Assembly (NCBI GenBank): GCA_003614675.1
Contig: ML002233.1
Coordinates: forward strand, 1-64,000
Direction: 5' to 3'
DNA: 64,000 bases
Origin: Dimargaris cristalligena
Lineage: Eukaryota
Numbering within the stretch: the stretch's first letter is position 1; each line of letters opens with the position of its first letter. Shown in pieces: positions 12,226 to 24,635 of the stretch. The translations under genes were made by a program, and so were the position numbers. The notes under the pieces are model-generated. The model did no database searches. It had not been told where the DNA came from and saw only the letters and a list, made by a program, of their open reading frames with translations.

Positions 12226-13833
12226 ATGCTCGCTGTTATAAATCCATCGCCTTCCCAGTTCGCCTGCAGTTCGGTCGTCCCGGCTCCTTCGGCCGGCTTA
12301 GAGCTCCTAATTTGGCTGTTCAGTCCCGCCCAGCTACCTATAGGCCGCAGTATCATTGCGTACTTGACCACGCAGGACCAACTCCGCCTAGCATCCGTCA
12401 ATTACTTGCTTCGCTCCCTAGTCGAACCGGCTTATCGGGTGGATGTTAAGCTCCCTACCACTTCCGGCGACCCCAATCCCAACCCCAACACGGACCGCCT
12501 CGCCGGCCTAGTACAGCTCTTCAACCGCACTGGCGGGGGTGGTATTATTCGCCATCTCTATATCCCGACCCCGGCTAGCGAAGCCGAAGTTGAAGCTGAA
12601 GTTGAAGCCGATGCAGATGCAAATGCAGATACAGATACAGATACAGATACAAATGTAGATGTAGATGCAGCGACGGCGGCGGCGGCGGCAGCAACAGTGG
12701 CGGTGTGGAAACCATGGCGACTACCTGACTCCCACCGACGGCTTATCCAGTCGGCCACCACAGTGGTGAGGTTGTCAATAGACCTAGGCCGTCGGGGTGA
12801 TTGGTTTCCTCTGGCCGAGGACTTGGCCATCCTGTTCCAACCCCGTCTCAACCGCGCCCCCCGCAAACTCTCAATATTTTTCCGGGACGGCGAATCAATC
12901 AATGGGCGTTCAAACGGGACTGGACCCCCAAACAACACCCCCCCTACTACTGCTACTACTGCCACCACCACTACCACGACCATTACTACTACCATCCCGG
13001 CCGCCGTCCAGGCCTGGCTGGCCCGGGTGCGGAGCATCGACATCGGTCCCAGCCACGCCCGACTAGACTGTGACAGTCTCCTGAACCTACTCGCACCATT
13101 AACGGGTCTCCGGGCCCTCAGTCTATCTGTCCAAATCGCTGACCGACGCCTAAGCAGCGAACTAGTCCGCCGCTTCCCCCATATTGCCCACCTCAACCTC
13201 GCCGGGATGCTCTGGGACGTCCGGCCCCTTTTCCATCCCTCCCTCGGTGCGTTTCGTCATCTGGTCACGCTGGACTTATTCTGCGCAACCAACCCGGGTG
13301 GATTAGCGACCTTGGCAGCCCTGAAAGCCACCGACTACCCCCATTTGCGGGGCCTGACCCTCTGTGTCCCCCATTTCATGATGGCCGCCCCCCGGCCGGT
13401 ATTGACGGACCTGTTTAATCAGCGCTGGCCCAAATTAACCTCGCTGTATCTGTACCACTGTTGGCTCGACGAGGATCTAGGCACCCTCCTGGCCCGTAAC
13501 CTACCGGCGTTGCGCAATGTGGGCTTTCTGTGGTGTATGAATATGGCCCCCGCTTATGCCACCGTACTGACCCAATGTCCGAATCTGGTCCTGGTTAGCG
13601 TATACCCGGCGAATGATGACGACCCCCGGTCCTTGTATTTCATCCCCGAGGGTCTCGTTAACAAGTCGGTGGCCTACTTTATGGTCATTGGAAACTACGC
13701 CTGGGCCGATGTGGCCAGAATAATGAACCACTTACCCAATCTCCGGGGATTGCATTGTCGGTTTACAAGCGACGGTGTGCGGGTACGACTGCAGCGAGAA
13801 TATCCTCACATTGGGGATATGACTCGAGGATAA
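12226..13833 (+). CDS. F-box-like / RNI-like leucine-rich-repeat protein (535 aa)
   Basis: Long intronless ORF with ATG start. F-box-like segment IGRSIIAYLTTQDQLRLASVNYLLR, followed by LxxLxL repeats (LTGLRALSL, FRHLVTLDL, WPKLTSLYL, CPNLVLVSV, LPNLRGLHC). Confidence 0.72.
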   Translation: MLAVINPSPSQFACSSVVPAPSAGLELLIWLFSPAQLPIGRSIIAYLTTQDQLRLASVNYLLRSLVEPAYRVDVKLPTTSGDPNPNPNTDRLAGLVQLFNRTGGGGIIRHLYIPTPASEAEVEAEVEADADANADTDTDTDTNVDVDAATAAAAAATVAVWKPWRLPDSHRRLIQSATTVVRLSIDLGRRGDWFPLAEDLAILFQPRLNRAPRKLSIFFRDGESINGRSNGTGPPNNTPPTTATTATTTTTTITTTIPAAVQAWLARVRSIDIGPSHARLDCDSLLNLLAPLTGLRALSLSVQIADRRLSSELVRRFPHIAHLNLAGMLWDVRPLFHPSLGAFRHLVTLDLFCATNPGGLATLAALKATDYPHLRGLTLCVPHFMMAAPRPVLTDLFNQRWPKLTSLYLYHCWLDEDLGTLLARNLPALRNVGFLWCMNMAPAYATVLTQCPNLVLVSVYPANDDDPRSLYFIPEGLVNKSVAYFMVIGNYAWADVARIMNHLPNLRGLHCRFTSDGVRVRLQREYPHIGDMTRG

Positions 13834-14377
13834 CCTATAGGAGAGGTATCCGACCGTCCCGTTTTCCAGAAAAGATTAGACCTATACCACACATCTGACA
13901 TCTCCATATAAATACCCTGTATAAGATAGCTTATGGTTACGGCGGTTTATTTAAATAATAAACAAACATAAGCAGGCATTAAAAGTTAGACCAAAGAGGG
14001 GGCCTTAAAATGATGTTATACAGTGCCAAGGCCAATCAAAATTAGGATTTTCGTATTGAGCCTGGGTAGAGGCAAATCTTGAATGAGTAATAGATTAAAA
14101 GAGTATAGATACCACATACGCAAAAACAGTATATGCGATAAAATAGTAGGCAACGATTAGTATCCAATAAAATAAACCGATGGAGCGGGGTGTGTAAATC
14201 TGTGATTTACGAGGGGCAGGAACAGACAAACATTGGCGCAAACTTAGTACCTAGACCCAATTAATAGGGCTTCACTAAAACGGGGACTTCGATTAACCGG
14301 GGATGGAAAAAAACCACCAATCAAACCCCCGCACGCCCGAATCCAACACCCCTCTGACGGGTAGTATAATTCCCCTT

Positions 14378-15682
14378 TTAGTGGAACTTGATGCGCAAAT
14401 GGGGGCATTCCTGCTGGAGCAGACTAAAGTCGGACCTTTGGCAATTCCGCGAAATGACCAGATCCTGCAACTGGTGGAGTTGGGACAAGATGGGGACAAA
14501 GTGTTGCGGGTCCACTTGGCTAATGTAGAGGTGCAAACGACGCAGCCGGGACGACGCAAACTGCTTGGCCGGGAGGATATCGGATTGGATGTTTTGGGCT
14601 TCATCGGACTCGAGGGAAAAGGCCCGCAACCGACGGGAATGTTCAAACAGATAGCGATAGCCGGTGGTGGTGGCGCCAGGGTAACACATGGCCAGGGAAA
14701 TGCGGCGGAGCTGGGGGCAGTGTCGGGCGATGAGGGTAAGCGTTAGGTCGTCTACAGCGGTGTAGCGGAGGGCCACGGTGCGTAGGTGGGGCCAGACCCG
14801 GCCGAAGAGCCTTTGGAATCGGATGGCCTGGATGGCACTCGTTTCGGGCTGGGAAGGGTCCCAGTCGTCCTGCTGGATTTTTAGATACCGGAGGCCGGGC
14901 CAGTGGTCGGGATGCATGGCCTCAAGGAGAAGGGAGTTTTCGGGTGTTAGGCCCGAGAGTGTAAGGTGGGTAAGGTGGCGGCAACTGCGGGCCAGACGGT
15001 GGAGGGCCGGCACGTCCACGTGGGTTAGATTAAGTTCGAGGGACCTTAAATGGGGAAGGTGGGAAGCAATGGAAGTAACAGCGGCACTACTCACCCGTTT
15101 GGGTAGGGTCAGGACCCGAATTTGGGGGTGGGTCAAGAATAAGGCAGCCCAGGATTGGGCTAGGTCACTTTGGAAGCCCTCTAACCGAAGGGAGGTCAGG
15201 TGGGGCATCGCACTCAGGTACTCAGCCGGGATACTAGTGAAAAGACCGGCATTAAGGTGAGCCGGGTCCTGCTGCAGGGTGACCTTGCGGAGACGGTGGG
15301 TGGACACGGGGAGCCACTGGTGCAGGGCGGTACTGGTTAGCCCGTTAGCCCAGTAGAGGTGAAGTTCTTCCAGCTGAGTCAGGTACGGTAGAATATCGTG
15401 GGGGGCCAGGGTAGGGCGCGGGGGAAACGACCGAGCGGCCCGGAAAAGGTCGGCCCGGAAGCGACGGACCAGATGGCCGTGGGACTGGCACATGCGCACC
15501 AACCCAAGAGGGTCAGGGCAGGTACTAGAGTTGAATTCGACCGAGCGGAGGCATAGAGGTAGAATAAGGTCACGCAGTTCCTGGTTCACCGAGGCCAGAT
15601 TGAGACTGGTAGTTAAACCACAGAGCTTCACGAGTTGGTGGAGGTCGTCGTAGGGCAGCACTCGACATAGGTCAGCCAACAT
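14378..15682 (-). CDS. F-box-like / RNI-like leucine-rich-repeat protein (~434 aa)
   Basis: First ATG at 15682 (MLADLCRVLPYDDLHQLV...LNLASVNQELR). LRR units LTQLEELHL, MPHLTSLRL, LPHLRSLEL, CRHLTHLTL, CPQLRRISL; ends LQQECPHLRI. The ORF-track extension to 16003 starts at a non-ATG codon. Confidence 0.75.
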   Translation of the reverse strand: MLADLCRVLPYDDLHQLVKLCGLTTSLNLASVNQELRDLILPLCLRSVEFNSSTCPDPLGLVRMCQSHGHLVRRFRADLFRAARSFPPRPTLAPHDILPYLTQLEELHLYWANGLTSTALHQWLPVSTHRLRKVTLQQDPAHLNAGLFTSIPAEYLSAMPHLTSLRLEGFQSDLAQSWAALFLTHPQIRVLTLPKRVSSAAVTSIASHLPHLRSLELNLTHVDVPALHRLARSCRHLTHLTLSGLTPENSLLLEAMHPDHWPGLRYLKIQQDDWDPSQPETSAIQAIRFQRLFGRVWPHLRTVALRYTAVDDLTLTLIARHCPQLRRISLAMCYPGATTTGYRYLFEHSRRLRAFSLESDEAQNIQSDILPAKQFASSRLRRLHLYISQVDPQHFVPILSQLHQLQDLVISRNCQRSDFSLLQQECPHLRIKFH

Positions 15683-18600
15683 GGTGACGGAGATAAAGGA
15701 TGTATGGGAGCTAACTAAAGTAAGGTTTTTAGGGGGGTTTGGTGTTTTTAATAAAGAAATATAAAAAGGAATGGGTACGGACCGAGGTAAATGGCAACGA
15801 GCGGTCACAGGAGTCAGGTGTCGCAAACCAAGTCGACCTTGATAATGGACTATAAGGGGAGAGAAGGGGGGTGGATATGAGGTGAACTTTTTAGTTGAAT
15901 AAGCGGAGGAGTGGACTTTAAATAAAATCAATGTAACAGGCACAACAAGCTTGGGCTTGGTAAAGGCACGCAAGGGAATGGTGGGGTGGGTCGACGTCAG
16001 CAACTATTGGGCACAGTGGCTGAGAGGACGATAGTATTAACGACAGTTCAATGGGAAATTGTTTGAAAGAGCAAGTGAGTTAAAGCGAATTGAGCCTGTG
16101 TCTAGTGCCAATCATGCACCACAATATAGTCGAATGGTGTATTAGGAGAGAAGAGGAGTATAGGTTTGTTGGTCTAATAAGTAGTGATGGGGGAGGGAGA
16201 TTGTCTTGCATATATATATATATAAGCTTTATATACGTATACATATATATGTATGTATGTACAAGTCGAGTTTCTGGAATTTATAGGAGCGGCGGCAACG
16301 AGTGGGGAGGAGAAAGAGGGGAACGAGGTGGGTGATCTAAACAACGGTTTAATAAAATTGAAGTGGAATATACTATTATTATACGGACCAGCCCCTCTGT
16401 GCCAAGGACAGTGGGGAAAGGACCAAGGGGACGGCTGAGAAATGAAGGGGACACAAAAAACCCAAAGGACTTGCCTTTGTTCTACTGGCCACAGTCCGCC
16501 GTTATCACCCCTACTATTACGGCCAGCTGGGGGAGGGGGAGAGTGGAGATCCGTATGATGACGAGTCGCTTGGTTGTCGGGGTTCCTTAGGCAAGCTGGG
16601 GCCGGCGAGAACAGGGATGAGGACAGTGGCGGGGGACCCGGACCCAAAGGACCCGAACTTCGCGATATATAGGCCGATTAGGGAGTCCCCCGATTCGGGG
16701 TGAACAAGCCCCCTGACCAATTAAGATTTGAGGGTACACTCTCGTCGTCGCCGCGGCCAAGGATAGCATGGTTAATAATATTAAAAAGAGAGAAAAGGAG
16801 AGAGAGAGAAAAAGCTAGAATGCCAGAGCGAGGCCCCCTTTGTATTTTTAGATTCTGCATATAGTCGGCATTACTTCTTCCCCTTTTTACGGAGCGGCCC
16901 CTAACCAAAAACTACTCTATATGCATGCATACAACAAGGGCGATACGCGGAGATCTTTTCAAGGTTGATTGCATCGTCCCACGCTAAATATATCTACCGG
17001 CTAACTATAAGGCACTGTGAAAAAGAGTGAATGAAGGGCCACAGCCCTCTCTCCTATCCCCATACTACTTTTTGAACGAACCTTGAATACCCCAGGATCC
17101 CAATGGAAGGGCTAAGTACATTTACACAGTATACCGCAGCCATCTTTAGTTGTTGACCATTAAGGAAGGACGGTCCGGTTCCCAAGCGCCGCAGCCCTGG
17201 CCCATCGACCACATCGTGAAGGACTGCCTCTAGTTCTACACAATCGTTATCGCCATCGATACTATCAGAGGAGATCCGCCCAGAACAGCCTTAAACACGA
17301 CCCACCGCCAAAGTTAATTACCCCATCTGAGCGGACTAGACACATCATCCCAACCCCCGGCGCCGCAATAGCAAGAAGACCTCTTGAGGGGGGGGCTTAC
17401 TGACGGTGATTGCTAGTTGATAAGACGTCGGTGAGGTGACACCGTCGGGGTAAGCACGGTGTTACCGAGTCGAATATCCAGCATTCACGTTTTGCCAGGC
17501 TCGTTGGAAATCAGTCCAGCACCCCCTCCTCCACTATTCCGTGCCATTTCAGTCAATGGCGGGTCCGGAGTGTGGCGTCAACAGGGTAGGGAGATATTGA
17601 CATGATCTAACGAATTGAGCCCGGCGGGGTGGCGGAGCTTGGGGGAAGCGAACGGGTAAGATCGATCACCTCGGCGTTGAGGTTGGGGGGGGCTGTATAT
17701 AAAAATAATGGTAGTAACAATCTGCTGGTAAGTTTAATACGCGGTTCGTTGGTGTGACAGTAAAGCAGTGGGCCTATGAATAGAACCACTTCATGACATG
17801 TACTACAGACCGATTAGATCGATAACGAATGGTAGTAGATCAAACATTCGAGATATGGCCGTAGTGTTTTCAGTCCTTATATTTTACAACCCCTCGGAGA
17901 ATGCTACAGTCGGTTTAACAAGTCTCTTCACCACAATCATATTAAAATAGGCCATGTATGACGCGATTTACTCCTCTCTCCGACTTTGTATGTAGTCCAC
18001 ATCATGTATAAAAAGAAAACGAAAGGGTGGTAGGTGTTTCATTAAAACTCTTGTAAAGAGAACTGTTGGTAGAAGCCCACGGCTACAACAACCAATACCA
18101 ACTAATGGTGGAATATCGATATTTTGCAAGTTGGTTTATCATCTCACATCCAAATTATTAGGCACCCGGTTTGACCGCAGTGCTATTTTGACCAAGGAAA
18201 TATCACTCCCTCACTACTTTGAATTGGTTCATCATCCCTTCTCGCTTGGACAAACTTGTTATCCTCATATGGTCTTAATCCAATGACTTAGTGTCCCACC
18301 GTCACCTTCTCTATACCCGATTTTGGGTTTACTAGGATGGTCTGGAAACCTTACCTCGCTCATGTGTGTAATAAGAGTTCGCCCGAAAACTAGATAGATA
18401 GGAGGGCCCTAAAATTACATAGAGTTAAATATATAGAGCATAACACGCTGTCAGTGGGCCCCATCCGAACTAATGGGCTAACTAGGGATGAGCGAAACCT
18501 TATTCATGAAAAAGCAATGCCTTCGGTTCTTAGACGGAGCTTGACCTTGGACCGAAATAATATAAAAGCGTCTCTCCAGGCCGGGCTGTATAGAAGCCAT

Positions 18601-19045
18601 GGCTTAAACTACCACCAGACTCACCCATCTCCCAGCCCTTGTTCCGCATGGGCCAAAAGAAGGGGGAGGAGAGAGGAGACTACTTACTATATTGGGTGTT
18701 CTTAGTCTTGTCCAGACTTTTCCCACCTTTGCACATCTCTTTCCCTCTCCTCTGCTCAAAGCCCCTTCGTTATACCCCCTGCTGTCTCTCTCTTGCTTTG
18801 CTAGGTTGGATTGGACTGCCCAGCGGCTGCTGCATTCTTCACATCCCAGTCTCACCACCCATCTGATGTACTTGGTCGATTCTCCCCCCCCTTTAAACTA
18901 CCCCTATTGTCATACCCCAGAGTCACCCGGTTATCTCGTCCTCCCCATTACCAGTCTATTCTATTCTTTGGATTGCTCCATTGTACTTCCTGCCAAGGCA
19001 TTCCCCCCCTCTCCACTCTCCGCCCCTTTCCCGACTCTGCCCCGC

Positions 19046-21680
19046 ATGGCAAATATCCCGGACCGGCCTCCCATTTCCCGCAAGGCCTCTCGAGTCCAAG
19101 ATGCCATCGCCGACATAGTCTCCCAATTCGATCCCCTTAAGAAGGGCGAGAACTCGGGTACGTCGTTTTTTTTTACTCGCACATACACTGGCCTTGCAAG
19201 GAAGGTAGAGGAAGGGGGTGCACTATTCTTTACCATGCCTAAAGGCTGCATAACAGTATTACCCGCACCCTCCCTCCCCCCTCTCCTTATATATATATAT
19301 ATAAACCATTAATCCCATTGTTTACACCTTATCATGTTGGGTCGTAAACCCTCACATACCTCATCCCACCTACCTAGATACCAGCCAGACCAGCGGGACT
19401 AGCGCCTCGGCCCCCAAATTCGAACCTGCCGCCCATTTCAAGGCCGACACCGAAGGATTCGATTACAACCAGTTTCTCCACCAGCTGCGCCAGCCGGGCG
19501 CCAAACCCATTGCCCGCAACATCCGTAATTTCCTAAGCGAATTCAACCGGAGGCCCCTAACCCTCAAGGAGCAAATTCGGGTCGTCCATGACTACCTGGA
19601 TTTCATTACCAACAAAATGGCCGCCTCCGATATTTGGCAGGACCAATCCGAACAGGACTTCGAAAATACCAAGGAAGCGATGGAAAAACTGCTCATGAAC
19701 CGGCTCTACTCTCAGTAAGTTTTACCGGGGTATTGCTATCCTGCCCTGTTAGAACTATGTTACTATGGCTAATGCCTTTGGTTGAATACACTGGAAAATA
19801 GCAAGTTCGGACACTCCAACTGTACGCGAAAATAGGCTCGAAACTAACCCCAATACTCCCCTCTCCTACCTCTACATTTATTGTTATAATTCCATCTCCA
19901 TTACTCCCCCAGAACCTTTTGCCCGGCCACGACCGACGACGACGAGAAGGATAAAGTGCTACACCAGAAGATCGGTCTATTCCGCTGGATCCGGGAGGAA
20001 CACCTGGATATCGAAAAGTCGCGCCAAAACGACTCTTTCCTTTCCTTCGCCATCTCGGAATTGCTCAAAATGAACACTTTTAAAGCGCCCCGCGACAAAC
20101 TGATTTGCATTCTCAACTGCTGTACCGTTATCTTTGGTCTACTGAAACACTCAGAGGGGGACGTGGGGGCGGACACCTTTCTGCCCGTCCTGATCTACGT
20201 GGTCATCAAGGCGAATCCCCCCAAGCTAGTGTCCAATGTACAGTATATTTCCCGGTTCCGCGCTCCGGACCGGCTCCAATCCGAGGCGGGCTATTATCTG
20301 ACCAACCTGATGGGCGCCATATCCTTTATTGAAACGATGGACGCCTCGTGCCTTTCCATCACCCAGGACGAGTTTGACCAAAACATCGAACTCACCATTA
20401 TGGAAATGAACTCGGAGCGGCCCCCACCCGAATCCCGCGGCATGTCGCCCCCCGCCGCGGTCCCCGCCACCCCTCCCCGTATCAACTCCGCGGCCCGCCT
20501 CCAGGGGGCCGGGGGAAACGCCATCTCCCGGAGCAGCTCGGAGCCGTCTTCATCCGCCAGCCCGGCTGAGAAAGCGGCCCAGTTCATCGAGCGCTTTGCC
20601 CAGCGCACAATGGAGAAGCCCCTTAACTTTGTGGGTCGGATTCTATCGGACTTGACCGCGCCCGAAGATGAAATGCCCGGTGGTCCGCATGATTCGGCCA
20701 GTCATGCTGGGGCTGGTGCTAGTGGTAGTAGTAGTGGGGGGTACTCGCGTCGTCCTTTGCCGCCTACCCCATCCAGTCGACCAACTGCCGCTAATGCTGC
20801 CGCGGGCCACTCTATGGGACATCGGGCTACAACGGACGGGCGGACGTTGAGTGGAAGTGGCAGCGGTAGTGGGAGTGGTAGTAGCAGTGGCAGTGGATTA
20901 TCGGTCGCCTCACCGTCGCTACAGGATATCCGAGGCGAGATGTACCCGGGTGAAAATGCGGCCTATCAGCAGTTTGGTAACCAAGAGTATCAGACCAACC
21001 TGCGGCTACTGCGGGACATGTTCCCCAACGTGGAGCCGGAGGTATGCAAAATGATCCTACAGGCCAACCGGGGCTACGTGCCGGGTACCATCGAAGCCCT
21101 CCTGGAAATTGCCAATGCCAATCCCCACGATGGGACCGTGGCGGGCGGAGCGGCATCGCCGTACCTGGCACCTCGTTCCAACGGAGCTAGTCCAACCTTG
21201 TTGCCCCAATTCATCCCGACGGTAAACCCAAACCATGGTCGACAGGCTAGCGTACGGAGTGTCACGAGCGAGCTGGCGCTACAGGAAGCTGCCGATTTCC
21301 CTTCTTCTCCGTCAACTACGAATACCAACACCGGGCCGCCATCCACCGCTTCCTCCCCAACTACGGCCAAACCACCGACTGAATCTATATCCTCGATGGC
21401 CGGGGCTACTGGGACTGCTACATCAACAACAACAACCACTGCTACTACTACGCACGATAATGATAATAATAATAATGACAAGGAGCTTAATGCCAGGCCC
21501 GATGAGGATCCTATATCCGCCTTTCTCCAACTTAGCCTCGCTGAAAAGGTACTGACGCCAACATCATCGACTTTAACAACAGCGCCGGCGTCGACACCGG
21601 CACCGGCGACGGAACTCGAATCACAATCCGAGACGGGTAAACAATCGCTGAGTGACCAGGACCGGTCTTCGAAATCGTAA
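19046..21680 (+). CDS. VPS9: Rab5/Vps21 guanine-nucleotide exchange factor with VPS9 and CUE domains (~738 aa)
   Basis: Exons 19046-19157, 19378-19714, 19913-21680. Exon 2 (absent from the ORF track) encodes FDYNQFLHQLRQPGAKPIARNIRNFLSEF...AMEKLLMNRLY. VPS9 core KAPRDKLICILNCC, GADTFLPVLIYVVIKANP, EAGYYLTNL; CUE domain LRDMFPNVEPEVCKMIL. Confidence 0.93.
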
Positions 21681-22620
21681 TTTGCTCCTTCATTTTATTC
21701 GGCACCGCCATCTTTTCGAGAATTCTGCGATAAGCGTGGCATCATCGCCTTTTTAATCATCCCATTCATCCCCATGCCCATTTATAGCTCCCTTTCTGTT
21801 GCTTGTCGGATAGGCGCTTCATTTGGTTTTTCTTTATTTTTATTATTATGAAATGTCGCCCCTTTCCACTCCGATTACTTAGCTTTGGGCCATCTCTTTC
21901 TCTCTTTTACCTCTTCTATATAGGATCATGAAATGGATCCCACCTACTGTGAACCCTCTCCTTTTTCTGCGCCATAAATGGACAACTGCTATTATTAAAT
22001 TTCACACCCAGTCTTGCCTACTTAAAGACCCTGTTGGGATATTAAAGGTGCTAAAGTAGAACTAATCTTGGCACTAGTTTACGTTCCTCTCTTGTCTATA
22101 CCGATAGTCACTAATTCGAGTCAGAGGGTATATGTGGGGAAGGGTTGTGAGGAAAAAGATTGTGTGCCTGAAGGTTTCTGGGATATTTTTATCACACTGC
22201 CTAGTCTTCAGATTCACCTGCTAATCCTGGGCATCCACTTGATCTTACTGCGGCTATTATAGTCATTAGCCTATAGAATTTAGTGCGGTACGCTCTTGCT
22301 TTTGGTTTTACTATAAGGAGAAGATTCTACTACCCCAGTTGGACTAAATCAGTCGCTCTGATTCCTCTGGTTCCAGTTCTCACTTCCCCAAAACCAAATA
22401 CAGCGCTGCCGCACCACCAGAGCAACCTTTCGTGTCCCCCCCCGACATTCCGCTTATTACATTTAATATTCACCCTTTTTTTACTTTACCAATTCATTTA
22501 TAGTAGCGCGAACCTTGTAGCCTCTTCTTGTATAGATATATATATATATATATAACGTACTATCGGGTATATCCCGGGTCAACCCTGTCTGGTCCTCCTC
22601 CTCTCAACTTTAATAGCACC

Positions 22621-24635
22621 ATGGCAACTGGCCAACGCCCATGGGCCAGTCTTTTAAGAAGCGGTCTGCTTCTCGCCCCTTCCCAGGGTCTCAGACGAAC
22701 GATTCAGCCAGTACTGCGACCCACTAATACCACGACGTCGCGATTCCCCCAATTTTTCCCGGCGATCTCGTACCTGTCTGGTGGACAGCGATTTAAAAGC
22801 ACCACCGCCCACCGTGCCAACTCTCGCTCCCAGGTATGTGGTATAGAAGGTTTCTCACTCCCCCTAGGATAACAACTTCCTTATTATGTGTACACGTCTA
22901 TTAATTATAGCTGAACTGCTCTGGCTTCCGTAGGGATTATATATGAGTAAATTTTGCCGGGTCCGATCGAGTCGCCTCTAGTGACGTACACGTCGATATA
23001 CACCTTAATTGAATCCATGTCTATACTCCAGTTTTATTAATTTATTATGATTTTTGTGCGTTTTCTATACTGGTCTTAATGCATTATTATTATCATTGAA
23101 TTTTCTTTTAGAGCACCGCTGATGCCCCAGCCAAGTTCACCGAAAAGGTCGAAAATATCGGTAAAAAGCGCAACAATGTGCGCCGGGTCGTGACGACCCC
23201 CAATTCCATTTCGACTCACCTCGACGATGCCCCCTCGCCGGAGTCCCTTGACCCAGCCACTGCCAATCACCCCGAAACGTTGTTGGCGCGTCACAAATAC
23301 CTGAACATGCCCAAGTGCATCGCCGTCAGCACCGCCGAAAGTTATAATTTACATCTATTATTGCCCCACCTGCAACGTTTGTTCACCATCACCCCAGTCA
23401 CCAGTGATGTCTATCACCTCAAATGCCCCACCTTTGTACCGGAGGTGACCCCTATGGATACGGACCATACTTCGCCGTTTCCATGTCCGCCGGGGGAGGG
23501 CGTACACCCCCATGGCCATATGAATACCCATTCCCCCCAACTCCCACCCCACTGGGTAAATAGTGCGACTACGGGGAACCCGGCCCGCAAACGGAACCTG
23601 TTCGAAGAGGAAGGGGATCACCATTTGGAGGCATCCAACGCTACTACGTCTATTCCATCAAACTCAACAACGGCGGCCCATGAAGGTCAAGACCGCCCCC
23701 AGCAACAGCACATGGGCGACCACGCAGAGGTGCCGGTATCTAGTGCTACCCCACCCAGTCACTCGGGCGAAACTCCGCATCACCTCTCTGCACCCGGTGT
23801 GTCCGACTACGGCCGGACAACCACCCCTTCCGCCCTGTTTCCCGAAGCCTTTGTACCCATGATCCCGACCGACGGCGAAATCTTCCTCTTCCAATCGGGG
23901 GCGTTCGTAAGCTGGGGATTGTCCACCCACCAAGTGGAGCGATTCCTTCGCGAAGTAATTGAGGCCGTCCCTGGAGCGGAAACCGGCAAGTACGACGACG
24001 TGGAATTCGAGGATGCTCCCTACCGGGCGGATTCCGCATCCTCCCATCTCACCACGGGAATGAGCGGCGATACCATCATGGTCGGGGCCACCCCGGACCC
24101 CTTACTAGCTAAGCTCGCCTTTTCGCACGGGGTCGCGCGGAGTGCTAAACTAGCCGTCCTCGAAGACCTGCTCGACCGCTACCTGCGGTCCATGGCCAAA
24201 GTACCCCGCATCCTCCAACGGGGGCAGAAAATTCCTTGGTCGCGGTCCCAGGTACTCCAACAACTAGGGGAACTCCTCCATTTCCGCATGATGCTCAACC
24301 TCCACTCGGAATCCTTCTTGGATACCCCCGATTACTATTGGACGAAACCCCAGTTAGAGGCCTATTATGACGCCATTTGCCGGAATTTGGACATTAATTC
24401 GCGGACCCGGATTCTGAACACCAAATTGGACTATGCCAACGAGTTGGCGGCCGTCCTGCGTGAACAACTGTCCGAGACGCATTCGCTTAATTTGGAATGG
24501 TGCATTATTCTGTTGATTACTGTGGAAGTGTGCTTTGAGCTGATCCATTATTGGGAGAAATACCGGGATGCTGAGCAGGCATCGGCATCATCGGCATCGG
24601 CATCAGAATCAGAATCAGAATCAGAATCAGCATAA
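22621..24635 (+). CDS. DUF155 / RMND1 (Mrx10/Sif2-like) mitochondrial protein (~578 aa)
   Basis: Exons 22621-22833 and 23112-24635. Basic, acid-free N-terminus resembling a mitochondrial presequence. DUF155 motifs EIFLFQSGAFVSWGL, KLAFSHGVARSAKLAVLE, LDTPDYYW, LDINSRTRILNTKLDY, LEWCIILLITVE. Confidence 0.87.

Noticed and set aside
15683..16003. N-terminal extension of the minus-strand F-box/LRR ORF
   Set aside because: Non-ATG start and UTR-like composition; the F-box-like motif begins right after ATG 15682.
18692..19312. 206-aa ORF upstream of the VPS9 core
   Set aside because: Only 19046-19157 is VPS9 exon 1; the rest is 5' leader and intron.
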